DNA of 64,000 nt from a candidate division FCPU426 bacterium (GTDB lineage Bacteria; Oederibacteriota; Muellerivitia; Muellerivitales; Muellerivitaceae): NCBI GenBank assembly GCA_963719085.1, contig CAVRAL010000005.1, forward strand, positions 96,001 through 160,000, in the 5' to 3' direction. The position numbers were made by a program, and so were the translations under genes. A model generated the notes under the pieces. The model did not search any database, was not told the DNA's origin, and saw only the letters and a list, made by a program, of their open reading frames with translations. This document shows positions 63,083 to 64,000 of this stretch, piece after piece (within the stretch, counting starts at the first letter, position 1; each line of letters begins with the position of its first letter).

Positions 63083-64000
63083 CTAGCGGAAACCGCCCAG
63101 CCCGGCCGCCAATCCATCCACCGTCCATTGGGTGTGGAGGCAATTCAAAATCTTCCAGGCGTCCTCCGGGATGAGCTTTCCCTTTTCGGCGATTGGAGCC
63201 GAACCCAAGTAATAAAGCGAGAATTTTCGGCGGATCGACTCGTCGGTTTGAATTTGACCCGTCAAAGCTAAAAGCGAGGCGCCGTCATAGCCCCTCAGCC
63301 CATAAGCCTTGTCAAAATCATATTCCAGTTCCCACTGGGCGCCGGCCGCGGACTTCGCCTCGTTTAGATTCACCAAATCATAGGTCGCCATATCTTGGAT
63401 GGCCCCGGTCCCCCGGTCATAAAGAGCGACTTGAAACCCCGGCCGGTTCCCGCGGATCGGGCTCACCGCGGGACAGATATGGATAAAGAAAGCCGGCGCG
63501 CCTTGGCCTTCGCCCAAAACCCTAAAATCATCCATGTGGGTATGGCCCGCGAATCCCGAAACCAAAATTCCAGGATAGGCCTTCACCAAGTCCAGGAACC
63601 GCTTCTCGTAATCCGGTGTCCAAAAAAGCTGGGCCGCGCCGGCGGAAGGCCCTCCGGAGCTGAGCTTCATGTAAGTGCCGAAAACATCCGCCGCCGGGGG
63701 GATATGCATCACCAGTTGAACCTTCCGGTTATCGGCTCGGGCCTTTTTCAATTGGCTCTCCAGCCAATCCATGCCGGCCTTTCCCGGGTCGCCGTTTTCC
63801 GGATGACAGGAATCCGGCGAGAAACGGCTGGACCAATAGACATCATTTAAAATGATCAGTTCCATTCCCGGCACGATGGGATGCGGCACCGTGTAATTCC
63901 CGGTTTCAGAAAAACTTTCAGCCGCGTCCGGATGGCCCGCCAGCAGGCCCCATTCTTGGGACAGCCGGGTTAAAAAATCACTGTGGGTGGCAATCATATA
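63083..64000 (-). CDS. Calcineurin-like metallophosphoesterase (acid-sphingomyelinase-like), 5' end outside window
   Basis: MHIPP, FAGHTHMDDFR, PAVSP...NRPGF, WELEYDF..AYG motifs. Confidence 0.82.
   Translation of the reverse strand, partial: YMIATHSDFLTRLSQEWGLLAGHPDAAESFSETGNYTVPHPIVPGMELIILNDVYWSSRFSPDSCHPENGDPGKAGMDWLESQLKKARADNRKVQLVMHIPPAADVFGTYMKLSSGGPSAGAAQLFWTPDYEKRFLDLVKAYPGILVSGFAGHTHMDDFRVLGEGQGAPAFFIHICPAVSPIRGNRPGFQVALYDRGTGAIQDMATYDLVNLNEAKSAAGAQWELEYDFDKAYGLRGYDGASLLALTGQIQTDESIRRKFSLYYLGSAPIAEKGKLIPEDAWKILNCLHTQWTVDGLAAGLGGFR

Noticed and set aside
62170..63174. 334-aa plus-strand ORF
   Set aside because: Antisense to the well-supported GH12 gene.

Overview
Bacterial window (diderm, moderately GC-rich; phylum not determinable from sequence alone). 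The left half (1-28.6 kb) is mostly housekeeping and accessory metabolism: a cobalamin salvage cluster (btuD/btuC-like, bluB, cobO, partial cobQ) with an internal cobalamin riboswitch carrying an unusual two-hairpin insertion, envelope proteins, a GH1 beta-glucosidase, a VIT1 transporter, a DrrAB-type ABC exporter, a GH94 phosphorylase, ilvA with an apparent leader-peptide attenuator, amtB-glnK and kdpDE without kdpFABC, plus several intergenic palindromic repeats. The right half (about 29-62 kb, almost all minus strand) is the most interesting. It holds a type IX secretion-like export locus (PorV-like barrel, FlgD/NHL lipoprotein, LysM-fused SprA-like barrel, DUF1573, LolA-like protein) next to probable cargo. 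The cargo is a ~19.9 kb gene (~6,630 codons, split by one frameshift near 42,560) with a degenerate lipase-like domain, nested Ig/Fn3/FlgD/propeller domains, a CBM3-like module and Thr-rich stalks, followed by a second CBM3-like protein. A GH12 gene and a partial metallophosphoesterase end the window. No rRNA, tRNA, CRISPR array or transposase was seen. All family assignments are by eye from motifs; no searches were run.
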